This document shows positions 1 through 14,300 of a stretch of DNA of 64,000 nt, in pieces. The notes beneath the pieces were generated by a model that was given only the letters and a program-made list of their open reading frames with translations, did no database searches and was not told the origin of the DNA. The first letter of the stretch is position 1. The number at the start of each line of letters is the position of its first letter. Origin of the DNA: Adineta vaga (taxonomy: Eukaryota; Animalia; Rotifera); contig CP075496.1 in NCBI GenBank assembly GCA_021613535.1, positions 3,534,001 to 3,598,000 of the forward strand. The letters are read 5' to 3'. The position numbers and the translations under genes were made by a program.

Positions 1-108
1 ATCAGCTCGTGCTCGAAAACCAGCTGTTCCATAACCCATAATAATGCCTTCTGGTTTCGGATATTCCAATAAAAGTGTCATGAGTTTTTCTTTTACAATA
101 TGTGTCAT
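1..108 (-). CDS. PGM3: Phosphoacetylglucosamine mutase, N-terminal part (runs off window)
   Basis: Manual translation MTHIVKEKLMTLLLEYPKPEGIIMGYGTAGFRARAD; YGTAGFR is the PGM3/AGM1 N-terminal signature. Confidence 0.88.
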   Translation of the reverse strand, partial: MTHIVKEKLMTLLLEYPKPEGIIMGYGTAGFRARAD

Positions 109-290
109 GATGATCAATTCTCTTTTTATTCTTCAACTGATTGCTATGATCTAAAATAAATGTAGAATCATCATCAACATCGAATGATATTTATTTCGAT
201 AAACTTTAAACTAACAAAACTATATGCCTTTTCGTGTGTATGCAAACTATTACGTGAGGATAAAATCAATTATAGAAAACTAAGATTTAT

Positions 291-1135
291 TTATTTGGAG
301 GCAACTTTGATTTCCATTGAATACTTTAAATTATTATCACCATTCAATCCAGCTTCAATTCGATCTCCTCTTTTAACTGCACCTACACCAGCCGGTGTAC
401 CAGTTAAAATTAAATCTCCATGTTCAAGAGTAATATATTTGGAAATATAGGCAATTAAATCCGGAACAGAAAAGATCATATCACGTGTATGACCATTTTG
501 TTTCATCTTTCCATTAACACTCAACCAGATATTGACGGATGATGAAAGACTAATTTTATTTTTATCAATAAAATCTCCACATGGACATGATGTATCGAAA
601 CCTTTCGCAAGTAACCATGGATGACCTTGCTTTTTCAATTCATCTTGAACTTTACGACTAGTCATATCTATTGCAACACAATATCCACCAACATTCTGTT
701 CGGCTTGTTCTTTCGTAACATTTTGACATTGCTTATCAATAATAACACCTAATTCAACTTCATAATGAAGTTCATCCCAATCAGATGGAACCTAATTAAC
801 GAAGAGAAGTTTGTTCTCATCTCTTAAATGAAAAATCTTGATTTTCTTTCGTACTTTAATTTCACTAGGTGGCACAACAAAAGCACTAGGTGGTTTCATA
901 AAAATCATTGGTTTAGTTGGTATAGCCTGAAGAAAAGATGTTTTAGATATTGACGAAAAAATTAAAGTGAAAATCTTTTATTACATTGCCCAATTCATTA
1001 GCATGTTCACTGAAAAATGTTAGAATTTAATCTTTAAAGTAATCAAAAGTATTTATTCTACCTGTAATTTCGTCCAATACAAATAATTTTCTTACAAATT
1101 GATCGAAAGTTTTTCAATGTACCCGCCGCTGCCAT
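291..1135 (-). CDS. FAHD1: Fumarylacetoacetate hydrolase domain protein 1 (acylpyruvase/oxaloacetate decarboxylase), 4 exons
   Basis: Spliced MAAAGTLKNFRSICKKIICIGRNY.. PMIFMKPPS.. LHYEVELGVII.. AKGFDTSCP.. GDLILTGTPAGVG; short GT-AG introns. Confidence 0.95.
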
Positions 1136-1335
1136 TTACGAAAAGCTTATCTTTGTTTCGTTTCGTTTGCTCTATAGTCAATAGATCTGAAATTTGAATC
1201 TGAATTATCGTCGTGTCTGTCTGTTCTATACCATAATTTTGATTGATGCATACAATCGATCAATTGGAGTGAAGATAGATGTCTTTCTTTTTCATCTGTT
1301 TACTCGTCAATCAATTCTTTTGATTAGTAGTCAAC
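1136..1335. promoter_or_regulatory. Probable bidirectional promoter between FAHD1 and the metaxin-like gene
   Basis: Head-to-head start codons ~200 bp apart; inferred from geometry only. Confidence 0.5.
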
Positions 1336-2615
1336 ATGGAATCAACTATTTCAGAAGTAATTCTTTTGCAAATGAATTTTCTTCTAGAAATATGATTGAA
1401 TTTTTAGAATCAAGTACGAGAAAATTTAGTACTTTCAGTATGGCCTAACTCAAAGCATTTGTTGACAATTGATCCAACTTGTTTAGCTACTTCCGTATGA
1501 AAAAGAATTTCGTCTATTTATATATTTATTTCTTTGGATTGATAGTTATGGCTTCGAACTCAAGGATATTCTTATTCAATTATCAGTGCCAATCGACAAT
1601 TAGCAATGATCTTTGGTAAGATTAAAAAATATTCTATTTTCAAAAAAAAAAGAATTATTTATTTGATTATTCTCGAAAAAGGAACTTATCCAACATTACA
1701 TGATGTTGTAAATAAGAAACATTATGTTGGTTTTGATTCAATATATCAATACAGTCGAACATCGGATGTCAGTATTGATTGTTAATTTATTAAATCTAAA
1801 CAAAATCTTGTTTTTCTTTTCTAGCCAACAGCTGATGAACTTGCTTTATTAGCGACATTTAAACGACTATTTGTTCCAGCATTTGTATGTATTCTTTTGA
1901 TATCTTTCATTTAGTATCGTATTGTTCATTATAGATGCATTCACAATGGATTGATGAAACGAATAAATCATCAGTTCATACTTTATATCATTATACGATT
2001 GGTTTACCAAGTAGTCTATTTTATATTCGCAGAAAATTTTCATCAGCTCGACTATGGTTTAATATTATTCGCAATAAATGTTCTCATTCTAATGAAGAAC
2101 AAAGTCGAGTGAGAATACAATTGTATCATGTAAAAAAATGTTTTGTATCGTATTTTCATAGATTTATACAGATGCTGCTCGATGTTTAACAATACTTGAC
2201 AATGAATTAGCTAAACATAATCAACCATATATTGGCGGAGCAAAGTAAGAAACAAGAAGATAAGTTAACAGATTGATAAGTATCATATTCTTTTTTTTTA
2301 ATTAGATTTTCATTTACTGATGCTTGGATTAGTGCGTATCTTCTCGTACTTGTACATCAAACCTCGGAAAAATCTCAATTACGAACATTATTAACTCAAC
2401 ATAATCGACTTATTGATTATATTCAACGAATTGATGAAGAACAATTACTATTATTAAAAGAGAATGAAAATCATACTCTTATATCTTCATCATCCTCAGA
2501 AAATTCTGTTAATACTGTATCGATATTATATGTTATTTCACAAGTTATTTCATTTTCGATCTTCTTTTTTATGTTAACAAGAATTGGTGCCAATTATCAT
2601 ACGATTACATCCTAA
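1336..2615 (+). CDS. Metaxin-1/3-like mitochondrial outer membrane protein, ~8 exons
   Basis: Exons read LVLSVWPNSKHLLTIDPTCLAT, IYTDAARCLTILDNEL..YIGG, FTDAWISAYL, and a C-terminal hydrophobic anchor; exon 1 is out of phase by 1 nt as assembled. Confidence 0.75.
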
Positions 2616-3192
2616 ATGATCATATTTTTCGTTTTTTTCTCTTTGACTTTTCAGCAACGCAAAATTTTTTATAGATAGAATACATTGAACGATTTTTTTA
2701 ATGATAAATTAGTTGTGTAATTAGAGTCCTTTTTTTTATAAATTAGAAAAATAAATTTGCTATATTAGAACATGATGAACACATCTCCTGAAATTGGAAA
2801 CTAAATTTACAAAGATTAAGTCTATATGATCTTATATACATATATATCATGTGAATAGCGACATCTATTGACGCATTTCTCTTTTCATACATAGATTTAA
2901 CTGTCAAGCACCAATTAAATGAACTTGTGATCTCTTTGTTTGTTATGCTTTGTTAAGTTTTTTTATCTTTTTCTCGTAGTATATGTATGACTCATCTATA
3001 GATTTTTTTTCTTAATGTTAAAAACGTCAGCTGATTTGATTTGCCTTCATAAATATTTTTGTATTGTCTTATGACAAATACTTTCTATACAATATATATT
3101 AAACGAATGCATTCTTTCTTTGTATATATACATTTCTTTTTAGAATACAAACATATCGATACTTTTTTTGTTGAAGAACATTAGCTGCTTGA

Positions 3193-6100
3193 ATGTCCTA
3201 TGTATCTTCAATTGAATTACGTAAAGTTCGACCGGAAGCAGTCAAGTGAGAGACATTTCTTGTGATTGATTCATCTATTTTGTAATTTTTAGTGAAAAAA
3301 GTGTGATTGAATCTGTTGTGGATCTGTTTCATGATGTCGTAGAAAAAGTTCCACAAGTATGTTTGTGTTGTTTTCTTGATAAATTAGAAGAAGAATATTT
3401 CAACAAATGCTACTTTTACTTATTTAGGCTTATGCAATATCTTCACGACCAATTAATAGTGATCAATTAGAACCAATTGAATGGGTTCGTTTTCTTTCCA
3501 ATGCACATGAATGGCTCCATCAATACGTAATGATACATTGGTTCTATTGATAGCTTATAAAAGTGGTTTAACATTTTGGACAATTGAAAATAACGGAATT
3601 GCAAATGAATTATTTTCAATTCGTGAACATAATATTTGTTCGGCTTGTTTATTAGATATCAAATCATCTCAAGATGACCCTTATATATCCCATCGACCTT
3701 TAATTGCATTGGCAAAATCTGCTGGTCCACCATCAATACAAATTCGTTCATTAAAAAATGATCAACAAATGATTAAAATTCTGACTTTACCTGGTAATAC
3801 ACTTCAAAATGAACCAGTTTTGATTGAATCCAATAGTTCAGTTTTGATTTGTGCTACACATACATTCATTGTTGGTTATGATATTATTAAATTTGATGAG
3901 AAATTTTTTCTTGCAAATCTTTATTCACCTTTACCTTTATCATTGTCAACAAGATGGCTAGCATTTGTTGATTATCGTTTACATTTAATTCATCAGTCAG
4001 CAGGTGGAATTAATGGAAATATATCAGAACAACATGCATCATACACAGGTGTGATGTTAAATGCAGCGAAATCTTTATCAAAAAGTGTTGTGAAAATTGG
4101 TGAAAGTGTCCTTGGTTATAGTGGACAACAAGTGAATAATTCGAATATAAATGAAAAATCATCACCACCCAAACAACAATTATTAACGACAATGCATAAT
4201 AATAATAATAATAACGGTAATGGTACAAATTCATCACGTCATCGGCATGGTTCAGGTAAAGAAGAAGCACAAACAGGAATTGTAACAATTATTGATACAG
4301 TTAAATTATTTGGAGTAAGAAATAATAAACAAAATTTTTTCTTTTTTCTTAATCGATGTTTTTTTCTCCATAGTCATCAATTCATGATGAAAGACAAAAT
4401 TGGATTATTGCTCATTTTCAAGCTCATACAGAACCAATTGGATATTTACAATTCAATCCAAGTGGACATTTACTTGTTACCTGTGATACAAGTGGCCATT
4501 ATTTTAATGTATTAGAAATTCAAGCATCACCTTATCGATGTACACGAACCTATATTAAACATTTGTATACTTTATTTCGAGGTGATACTGATTGTCGAGG
4601 TAAGAAGAAGTTAAAGATCAATTCAATACATGTATCTTTTGATTTAGTATCTCATATTACGTTTACAACTGATAGTCGATGGCTTGCTGTATCAACAAAA
4701 CGAGGAACGACACATTTATTTGCGATCAATCCATATGGAGGTAAAGATAAATGAATTGTTCGAAAATAAATTAATTTTGTTTGATTTCAGGTGCTGTGAA
4801 CATTCGAAGTCATACAAAGAATTATGTTGTTAATAAAGCAAGTCGTTATCATCGTACTGCTGGTTTAGATGAACAATCAACACGTCTAACTAATACAAAT
4901 GGAATGGATAATAATTTAAAAGATAGTTCATCAAATTCTTCCACAAATGCTTCATTAAATATTGTTAATGGTAATGGAAATAATTATTCATCATCAACAC
5001 GTACGAAACGAACACAACACGAAGTGATATTTTCAACAGCAGTTGCAATCATTCGACAACCAACGGATAATTTCGTTACTGGTCTTAGTGTACCATTTAA
5101 TATGGATTCATTATGTATGGCAACAACATTTGGAATTTCACGTGGTTTTCTTAATCCAGAAGATATGATTAATCATCAAGAACATGTTCCACGTGCATGT
5201 AGTTCATTATATATCATCAGTTGGTATGGTCGATTGATTGAATATGTTCTTGAACCAATACCTGGTAAATTATTTTCATAAGTTGACGTCTTTTTCTTGA
5301 GTAATATCTGTTCCATCATTAGATACAAGTAAACATGGTACACGAATTACATCGGAAACTCCACTTGCTGTCAAAGCTTTTCCGAAAGCTCAATGGCCAC
5401 TTCAAAGGTAATGAAAAAAAGAAAACTTTTTTTTCTCAATTGACAATCTTTATATAGATTATTAACATGGCCAGAAGTTCGAATGTCTGTTGCGAATTCC
5501 TTTCTATCACAAGGACATCGTCCAACATCTGCTAATAAAGTAAATTCAAAAGATGATTGGCTTCGACAAGTAAAAAATGAAGTTTTTTTAATTCTATTTT
5601 CAAATTAAAATGATTTTATTAGGTTGAAATGAATACACATATTGGTCCACATCGTCGTTTATGGATGGGACCACAATTTCAATTTAAACATTATTCTGAA
5701 GCAACAGTAAGTGTTTGTCATCCAAATTCGAATGTATGTACAGCTGATACACCACAAACATCAATGAATTTTGTTGAAGCGGATTTGAAAAGTTTACCGT
5801 AAGTTTAATCATAGTTTTTTCTTTCAAAAAAAATCTATTGTTATAGAATACAATGGTCAAAATCAACACCACTTCGCGTACCAAATGCACAAAAAGATAT
5901 CGCTCCTGCTTATATTGAAGTTGGTTCGGGTAGTTTTCAAGTAGGAGAAACAAAAGAATATCAATTGATTAAAACTAAGTTCTTTCCTCTATAGGATGCA
6001 CCATCATTGAGTGTGTATGGCAGTTCGTTGGATAGTTTAAAATCTGATTTTGAACTTGAATTAATGGAAAAATTAGCTGATGCTGCTGTGGATATCTCAT

Positions 6101-6298
6101 TACGAAATAGTTTGTTGATTTTGTTTTGATTTTTATAGAAAAAAAAACATTATTTGAATGTATTTAGATGGTATTATTGATGCAACTGATTCTTTAACAT
6201 CGTCATCGTGTAGTAGTACAGCTACACGTACATTACAAACTAATAATTCAATGGAAAATATGATTCCATTTCCTGATACAGGCGATCCAACTGATTAA
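3193..6298 (+). CDS. BCAS3: BCAS3/Rudhira WD40 microtubule- and autophagy-associated protein, multi-exon
   Basis: [68 protein letters not shown] motifs. Confidence 0.93.
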
Positions 6299-7886
6299 GA
6301 ATTGTCGTTTTTTTTCTACGTATTCATATAATATTCATAGCTCAGGTTGAATACCTTCCGTTATCTATTTTATTTGGAAAAGATCGCAACTATTTTTTTT
6401 CCTTTCTACGCCCGGTTTTTGTGCATGTCTAAAGACTAGTCTGTGTGGATTTCTCTGAAGATATTGAAAATCAAGAGAACAGTGAGGTAATCAATCGGGA
6501 TATTAGACTTGTTTTTACAGTCTCTAATTGCACATCTGTTTCATCCCGATTCTATTTGTCATTTTTGTTTTCTTTATTCAATGTATTTACGGTTTCCTTG
6601 TTTCATTCTTTCTCTCTTCTTTTGTAAATATACAAAACTATGATATATTTCTTCTTTTCTTGTTCTTTATTCTTTAATAAAACCAAACATGCATATATTT
6701 ATTCATGCTAAACAAAAAAATGCCAATGTTGTGTGATTTAAGCTTGAATGAATATCGGGCGTGGGACTTCTCTCATAAAGTACTCAAACATCGATCGTAT
6801 TTCATATTTTTGAACTAATAAGTATTCAGTTATGTTCTTTGAACTTTACAAATAATTCTGTAAATATGACTGATACATGTAATAAAAGTGTTCCAATATC
6901 TTGATGAACAATGTGAAAAAATAATCATTTCTCATATCTTATTCTCATTCTAGATGACATTCGAGTCAAATAAGCATTTTGACCAACAGGAATATATCAT
7001 TAAATCATTAATTGTAACATGTAACTATAAGAAACTATATTAAGCTTTTTATCTGCTTGCATGACGAGTAAATTTGACATAGACGAAATTATTCAATTAT
7101 TAGCTGAAATAGCCTACATCATTGGAAAGAAGAAGACAAATCTAATTGTTCTCGTGCATGAAATCAATGTAAAAAAGAAGACAAGAAATTAAAATAGTAT
7201 CACAAGATATTTCCAATTAATTGGCATACGAAAATGAGATGAATGATGATTAGTCGAAATCTCGTCGTTGTTTCCTTTACATCTCTTATTTACAATCATA
7301 AGATGAACATTTAAGACTTTTACGATGACTAACAACTTTATCTTCTAATTCTAGATTGTCAATGAAGAAAATTGTTCTTCATGATAATTGTCATCATTTG
7401 ATAATAATAGTAACACGTAGAAACGTTTTCTGTTTTTTGTTTTATAACTAAATTATTCAACGCAAAAAAAAACCCTTCACTTTTTTTCCTGTAATAATCA
7501 CGAACATTGCAGATGATGTTAAGTGCGTATTATTTTAGACAGACTTTCCGGTAAGAATCATTGACTAATCTCTTCATTTCTACTATTTAGTCCTTTTTAT
7601 ATCAATTGATTACTAGGATAGTAAAACCTCGAAATATCTAGGAAATAAATTCAATGTATTTCCATTTAATGATCTTGTAAGCAGCATTTATATTCTAATA
7701 AATGAGAGTAATACATTTGAATTTTATTTCTACGAAGAAGATATATTTCATTACTCTTTACAAAATAAATTAATATTTGATATTTATCTTCTTTTCTTTT
7801 TTGCTTTTCAATATTTTGTTTTCAATTTCTGCAAGAAAATTCATTTGAATGTGTTCACTTAGTTCAATAATTCGTCAGTATAGAAT

Positions 7887-8708
7887 TTAAGACGTCAGCA
7901 TAATCGGGGATTTTTTAGCAACATGAAATCGTAAAGATTGTCCACGATGGAATGAATTACGTTGTGGGTGAGATTTAGTAGTATTTTCTCCATCTTGTTT
8001 ATGGTTTGCATCCTAAAGAAAAACACTCTTTAAAATCTTTTTTTTCATGAAACAATTCTAATCATACTCGTCGAACTCGCCGAGCACGTTTCAAAACACC
8101 TCCTGAGGCACTATTCGACGGAACATTTTGCTAAAATCAAAGAAAATATTATTGAAATCTTCAAAACAATATCTTTATTTACCATCATATTATTCAAATA
8201 ACATTCATCATGATCATTGTCACATTGACAGTCTTGTTCAGTTTGATATAATCGGCTGTATTCAGCATTGAACTTTGACATCGGTGATGCGTCACAATCA
8301 TCGGCTAGAAATATACACATATATAAGTCAATGATTTTTCGACTTTTATCTTCATTTACCTTCGAACCCTAATGGACACGGATTTGGTGGAGCACAATAT
8401 GATGGTAATTCTTCATCGGTTTTCACTTCTGGATGATTAGGTATTTGTCCACTAGGACTTAAATGCTGCCGACCTTCACCTGCTCCACCTGATACATATT
8501 TGTAACCGGTTATTAGAGGGCTATGTATTTCTTGTTCTTCATCACGTGTCAATGCGCTTAAATACTGATCAGAATCATCATCAAAAGCTGTAGCAACATT
8601 TGGTGATGGTTCCCCATAATCAGTCCAATCTGTTCCTTCACTACTCTTACTCATCATTAGAATTAATGCTGCTGTTGTTAATGTTGAGATACCATACCAC
8701 ATGATCAT
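7887..8708 (-). CDS. SCG5: Neuroendocrine protein 7B2 (prohormone convertase 2 chaperone), 4 exons
   Basis: Signal peptide, GYKYVSGGAGEGRQHL, LPSYCAPPNPCPLG, basic cleavage cluster KRARRVRR, C-terminal HVAKKSP. Confidence 0.93.
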
Positions 8709-9917
8709 CTTGTCGTTTTTGTTTTCGATGTGATGTTTTCCCCAACGGTGTGACGACTGAGATGAAAAACAAGGAAGTTCGTCTGGAAAAGAGGAGAAAA
8801 AGTATTCCTTTTTTCTTTTCTCTCGTCCTGTTTTTCTCTTTGTTACTGCGAGTTTTCCAAGCACTTTCAATATAGAAAAACGGAAAGAATCATTCTTTTT
8901 TTGTCGATTCTGTCTGAAGAATGAGTGTGTTCATGGTAGAAAATGAGAAAAGCAACGATGAAAAAACTATTATCGGAAGAAAACAACATAGAACGAGGAT
9001 AGATGATATAGAGTACTGGATGAAACTCCAGTAACGACGAGGGAAAAATGTTATTAACACAAGAATAGAGGAAAAGAAATATAATATGAATAAAAATATA
9101 TGCGACTAATGGAATTATTGATTTTTGTACGTTTAATATTTCGACGAAAAGAAATTGTCACGTCAAATGTTTAAAGCAACATTAAAAAAAATAAAGAATA
9201 CAAAAATCTTTTTTTCCTCTATGTCGGAGAGAGTCAACAAATACGCTAAAACGTTCTAAACTATGCAATAAACTGCACGATAGAAAACTAGAACGAAAAT
9301 GAATATGTAGTAGGATACCGTTTTTGATCAGTTTCTTTTACATATATGAATGTATTAAATAATCCTACACCCAATATTAATAACTTCAAAAGATATTTAT
9401 AGAGCATATTACTGGCTAATAAATGAATCAAACCTGTGCATTAAAACATTTGATAATAAGATTACTTTTCTTACTATATGTACCTAGGACATATTTACTG
9501 AACAGCGACAGACTATTTTATTTATTTAGAGAAGCATGTTGAATAATTTTTGATCGGTATTCTTTTTTTTTAAATACTCATTCAATTATAAAATTTTCAT
9601 CTTTTTTTCTCCATAACCTGTTCATTGAGTGTCATACAAACTGGTTTTTTTGTTTATCACGCATACATAGACAAACATACATATACACGTACACACGTAC
9701 AGAAAAAGTCAATAAAGAACAGAAAAGCACAAGTTTTTATATGTTATGCGTAGTATTCAAAAAAAGAAATTATTGTTTTTTTTTATACAATATCATTCCA
9801 GTCTGACGATATATGAAATAGATCAGTAACAATTGTGTCATCTAGCTTTGAAAAAGAACACAACATTGTCAGAAGAAAGAAACCAAAATAAAAGTTTTAT
9901 TTTCATATGAAAATTTG

Positions 9918-11320
9918 TTATCGACGCGATCGTGCTGAACTTGATGACGGTGGCGGTGATCTTCTTGAAGGACGACGAGAAGATGACGATCGGGATGGTG
10001 ATCCATAACGTCCAGATCCATTACGCGATGATGATGATGGCGGTGGCGAAGCAGCATAACGACTAATGTAAGAATATAGATATACGAAGGACGAAAGATT
10101 CGATTTTAGTTTGTATTCTCTCTCTGATATTTGTGTATATGTAACTCTCGTGAAAGATTATGTAATACGACCAAATTTTTCATTCAATTAAGAATCAATG
10201 AATCGAATGTTTTATCTTTTTTGTTTATAAATGTCTTGCTTACCTCCGTGGTGGTCCCATTGAACTCGGTCCAGGTGGATATCCAGCGTAGCCATCATAA
10301 GCAGACCTGAAACGGATTACGACCAATCGGTATTTTCGAACGAACGAATACATATATATATATATATTGATAAGGAGAAGGAGGGAGAGAGAGACAGAGA
10401 GATATTTAAACAATATATCGACGAATTCGTGATATAAAATTCTTTTTTTTCTCAATATGCACGAATAGCGACATACCGCATTGGTGGTCCACGTCCATAA
10501 TGATCAGGCATAGGCATAGGTGGTGCTCGTTGATGATAGAAATCTTCACGACCATACGGATCAACGCCGCCACTACGTATACTGTAAGGATCACCGCCGG
10601 CACGATTGTATAGATCGGGATAATTCATAGGTGGTGGTGGCGGCATACGTTGACGTTCATAAGGCGAATCATACGGACGAGATCGTGCATCCATGTAACT
10701 ACTACGCATACTCGGGTACGATCGATCAGGACCACCGCCACCTGAATAACCACCATTTCGACTAGACGACATTGACGGATAGTCACGATTTCTATTGAAA
10801 AACAGATCGAATAAAATATACATAATTATTCTACGAAAACCAAACAAACCGAGATGATCTCATTGGTCCAGAATCATATCGTGGTGATTCTCCTCGTCGA
10901 CTAAAGTTAAATTAAAAAAAGAAAAGATAAATATGAAATCTTTATTTAATTTTGCATGAAATCTTACGATGAGCGACCAGCATTTCGAAGTTGCGTAGTT
11001 GATATCTAATCAATAGGTCAATCAATATTATTCAAAAACAAATTCTCTTGAAAAATAACATACTTCGACTCTAATTCGACTGCCTTTCAAATTGAAATCA
11101 TTTAAAGCTGCTATGGATGCTTTTGCTTTGCTTGCATCTTCCATATGCTATAAAAAAAATAAAAGAAGTAATTCAAACTTATGTTCAAATAACTTACAAC
11201 AAATGCATAATCTTTGACAATGTCACATTCTAGAACTTTGCCATATTTTTCAAATAATTCTTTCAATTCAGTTGAACTGACTGATGGAGAAATATTTCCA
11301 ATATAAAGTTTCGTTGGCAT
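9918..11320 (-). CDS. RBM4/Lark-like RNA-binding protein: single RRM plus R/S/P/Y/G low-complexity tail, 7 coding exons
   Basis: [36 protein letters not shown] resembles RBM4 RRM2; exon phases consistent through to stop at 9918. Confidence 0.8.
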
Positions 11321-14300
11321 TGCACAAATGAACAAAAGGAAAATAGAATAAAAATATATAATAATGATACACAATCTACAATAAAGACAAATTTGTCTTC
11401 AACGATACTGACATGAGGAAATATGTCGTTTACATATAAAAAGAATAATTTCACCAATCGTATTGCAATACTTTTGTTTATTCCACCATAGGACACGAAA
11501 CAATGTCTTCGAAATGATGCAATCAGATTTATATAAATTACTTTTTAAACATATTTTTATTCTTCTCTATTATATCGATTGAGTAAACTCAAAAAATAAA
11601 TAATAATGAAATATTTATCTATAAATTTCCTGTAGATGTCCTCCTCGTTCGATAAAGACTCATATGCTTTCAATTAAGAGTATAGAATGAAGAAAGGTAT
11701 TTTATTAAATTTCACATTTAGGAACAGCGAAGAGGTAAAAGCAGGGGAGAGTGAGTATAGACCAAAGTGAGAGAAAAATCCCTCGCACAGTTGCACCGTC
11801 CTTATCTCATCATGTTGATATCTGTTACGCGATTATAATGCAAATATATATAATATTTCTGTAAGATTGCAACGATCAATTAAATACGATTGATTTGTCA
11901 AACATCTGTTTATCATTTTCTTTGATGTAAAAAAATGCTAATGAACCACTCGATATTGTTCGAAATAGATGCAATAATTTGAAGTGGTAAAAGAAATAAA
12001 TTCTGCATATAATATTCAACAAGCAGAAATCGATTTATAATAGAAGAAACATACATTTGAATCAGCCACGAGAACTCAATCGAAGTTATTCGTTTCCAAT
12101 TCTAATGAGTATCCAGTTGAAAATTTCAAAATCCATTTTTATTTAGATACATAAAAGATACAATGACAACAGCGAAGAATAGGTAATAGTAATTTGTATC
12201 TTATTTAATCTAGAATCTATAGAATAACGTGCTTTCTTTTTTCCAAAGATATTTATACATGAACTACTGATTATGAATAATTGGAAAAAAAGTTCTCCTT
12301 GAGGAAACTAGAATGACTATTTGTGAATTAATAAATCTATATCTGTTAAAAGTAAATATTGATTTTCATCAGTAAATTGAATCAGAAAAAAGGAAGAAAA
12401 CAGGTTTTCTTATACTCATTCTCGCGCATCGACCGTTTTTTGATTATGTAATAAAATAATCATTAAGAGAAAGCTAGATACACGAGAAAATGTATTGAAT
12501 ACATACCTTGATCGGATTGGAAAATAATTAAATGTCGATGAGTGAAAAAAAGAACATTTCTATGTAATGATCTACTTGTTTAATACCTTGGTGATTTTGA
12601 CTAAGATTGGTTGAATTTAAATAGAGAAACTAAGGAGACATTGCTTGTTATGATCAATCCTGATTTATGATTGAAAATGTCGGAAATAAAAGGATTTTCC
12701 TTTCAGTTCTGGGTACAATTATTTCCGGATATGATTTTTGAAAAGTTCTCTTCGCCGCCTTCGTTAGATGGATTGTTTAAATTAACACATAACTTATTTT
12801 GATGTTTTTTCTCTTTTTTCCAGACTATTCAGAAAAGCAAAAAAAAATATCGTTATTAATAAATGTTCTTTTTTCTTGCATATTAATGTGTTTTAAAATA
12901 GAAAAAAACCCCGTTCGAAATCGTAATCTCAATAATAAACTTCAAGAGAATAAACAGATGATGAAGATTGAAGTTCTTTACTTCATTGTGACATCGAGTA
13001 TTGCTTCTTTAGAATGATCTATAGAACTGGTATTAAATCATACCGTTGGATAGACTCGACTTATAGTATCTATAAGATTGTAATAATCAGTACTTTATTT
13101 TTAATCCATCGAAGAAGTCATCAATGGATTTGATGTCTTTGTCTTAGGGGTTGTAATCTTTTTGAAGATAGTCTTATTGAAGATTAACTGTTCTGTCAAC
13201 GATTAACAATGAGAAAATATTGATGCATGAGAAGATTAATTTTGAACTGATCTAATTGAAATTTGAGTCGAATATGTTCATCGAACTAGGAACATTTCGA
13301 AGGCGATGGAATGATTTATTTCCGTAGAAGAAAAAAAAATCATTTCTCCTTTTCTTTTCTTCCGTCTTCGAGCAACGGTGACACATTTCCTGAATAATCT
13401 TTTTTTTTCAATAGATTCATAAGAAGAAAAAAAATCAGCTGGTCATTTTTTTTTCTTTCAATCTACCGATTTGTTTTTTTCAATAGATTAAATGGACTGG
13501 AAATTAAATCGTTGATTAGCATAAAACATCGACAAAAACTAATCTTTAACTTCTTTTCTCTCGAGAGAATGATCTCAATACATTTCAATTTCTAGGGCTA
13601 CACAGATACAACATGTCATATATGACTTCACGAATCCATCAAGTTTCATTTCATTTTTTTCTTCTCTTCATTACAGATTTAATTCGATATTTTCTTTTTC
13701 GAGTCAAGTGAATTTGAAATTGATAAATGACTTGTCATTTCTTCATTTTAGAACAAATAAACTATCGAAATATTCATGCAGATGAAGATGAAGCATGAGA
13801 GTATGTACTTGATCAAATTCGACAAGAAGAAGAAGAACAACTCGAGTGAATAGCATGCGGAAAAAGAACATCAAAGTGAAGCTTTTTTTCGGCTAATTTT
13901 ATTGATTAAATACATTGATTTTGTTGATGTTGTTGTTGTTGTTGTTGCCTCTTATGGGAGGAAAAATATTTCTCAATTATCTAATTGTAGATATTATCGA
14001 TTTCAACTTATTGAATGAATTTACTAGCTTATCATCTAATAAATGAATCTGGTAAGTTCATCTAAGTATATATTGACATTGCACTTGAACGAACGATCTT
14101 TCTTCGGCATTTTTTTCCTGTTTATACAAGACGAACGATAAGGAAGAAAACGATAAACATATACACAATAATGATTAGAAAGCATGCTAGACAGTGGTAG
14201 CAAACAAGCTGAAAAGACGTTTTTCATTCCATTTTTTTTCTTAGGCTTTTTTTTATTTGCGAGCGCATTCCATTCCGTTCTTTTTTATGTCTCAGATGAA

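Noticed and set aside
6700-7700. Weak coding-like fragments on the minus strand
   Set aside because: Interrupted by stops and no recognisable homology
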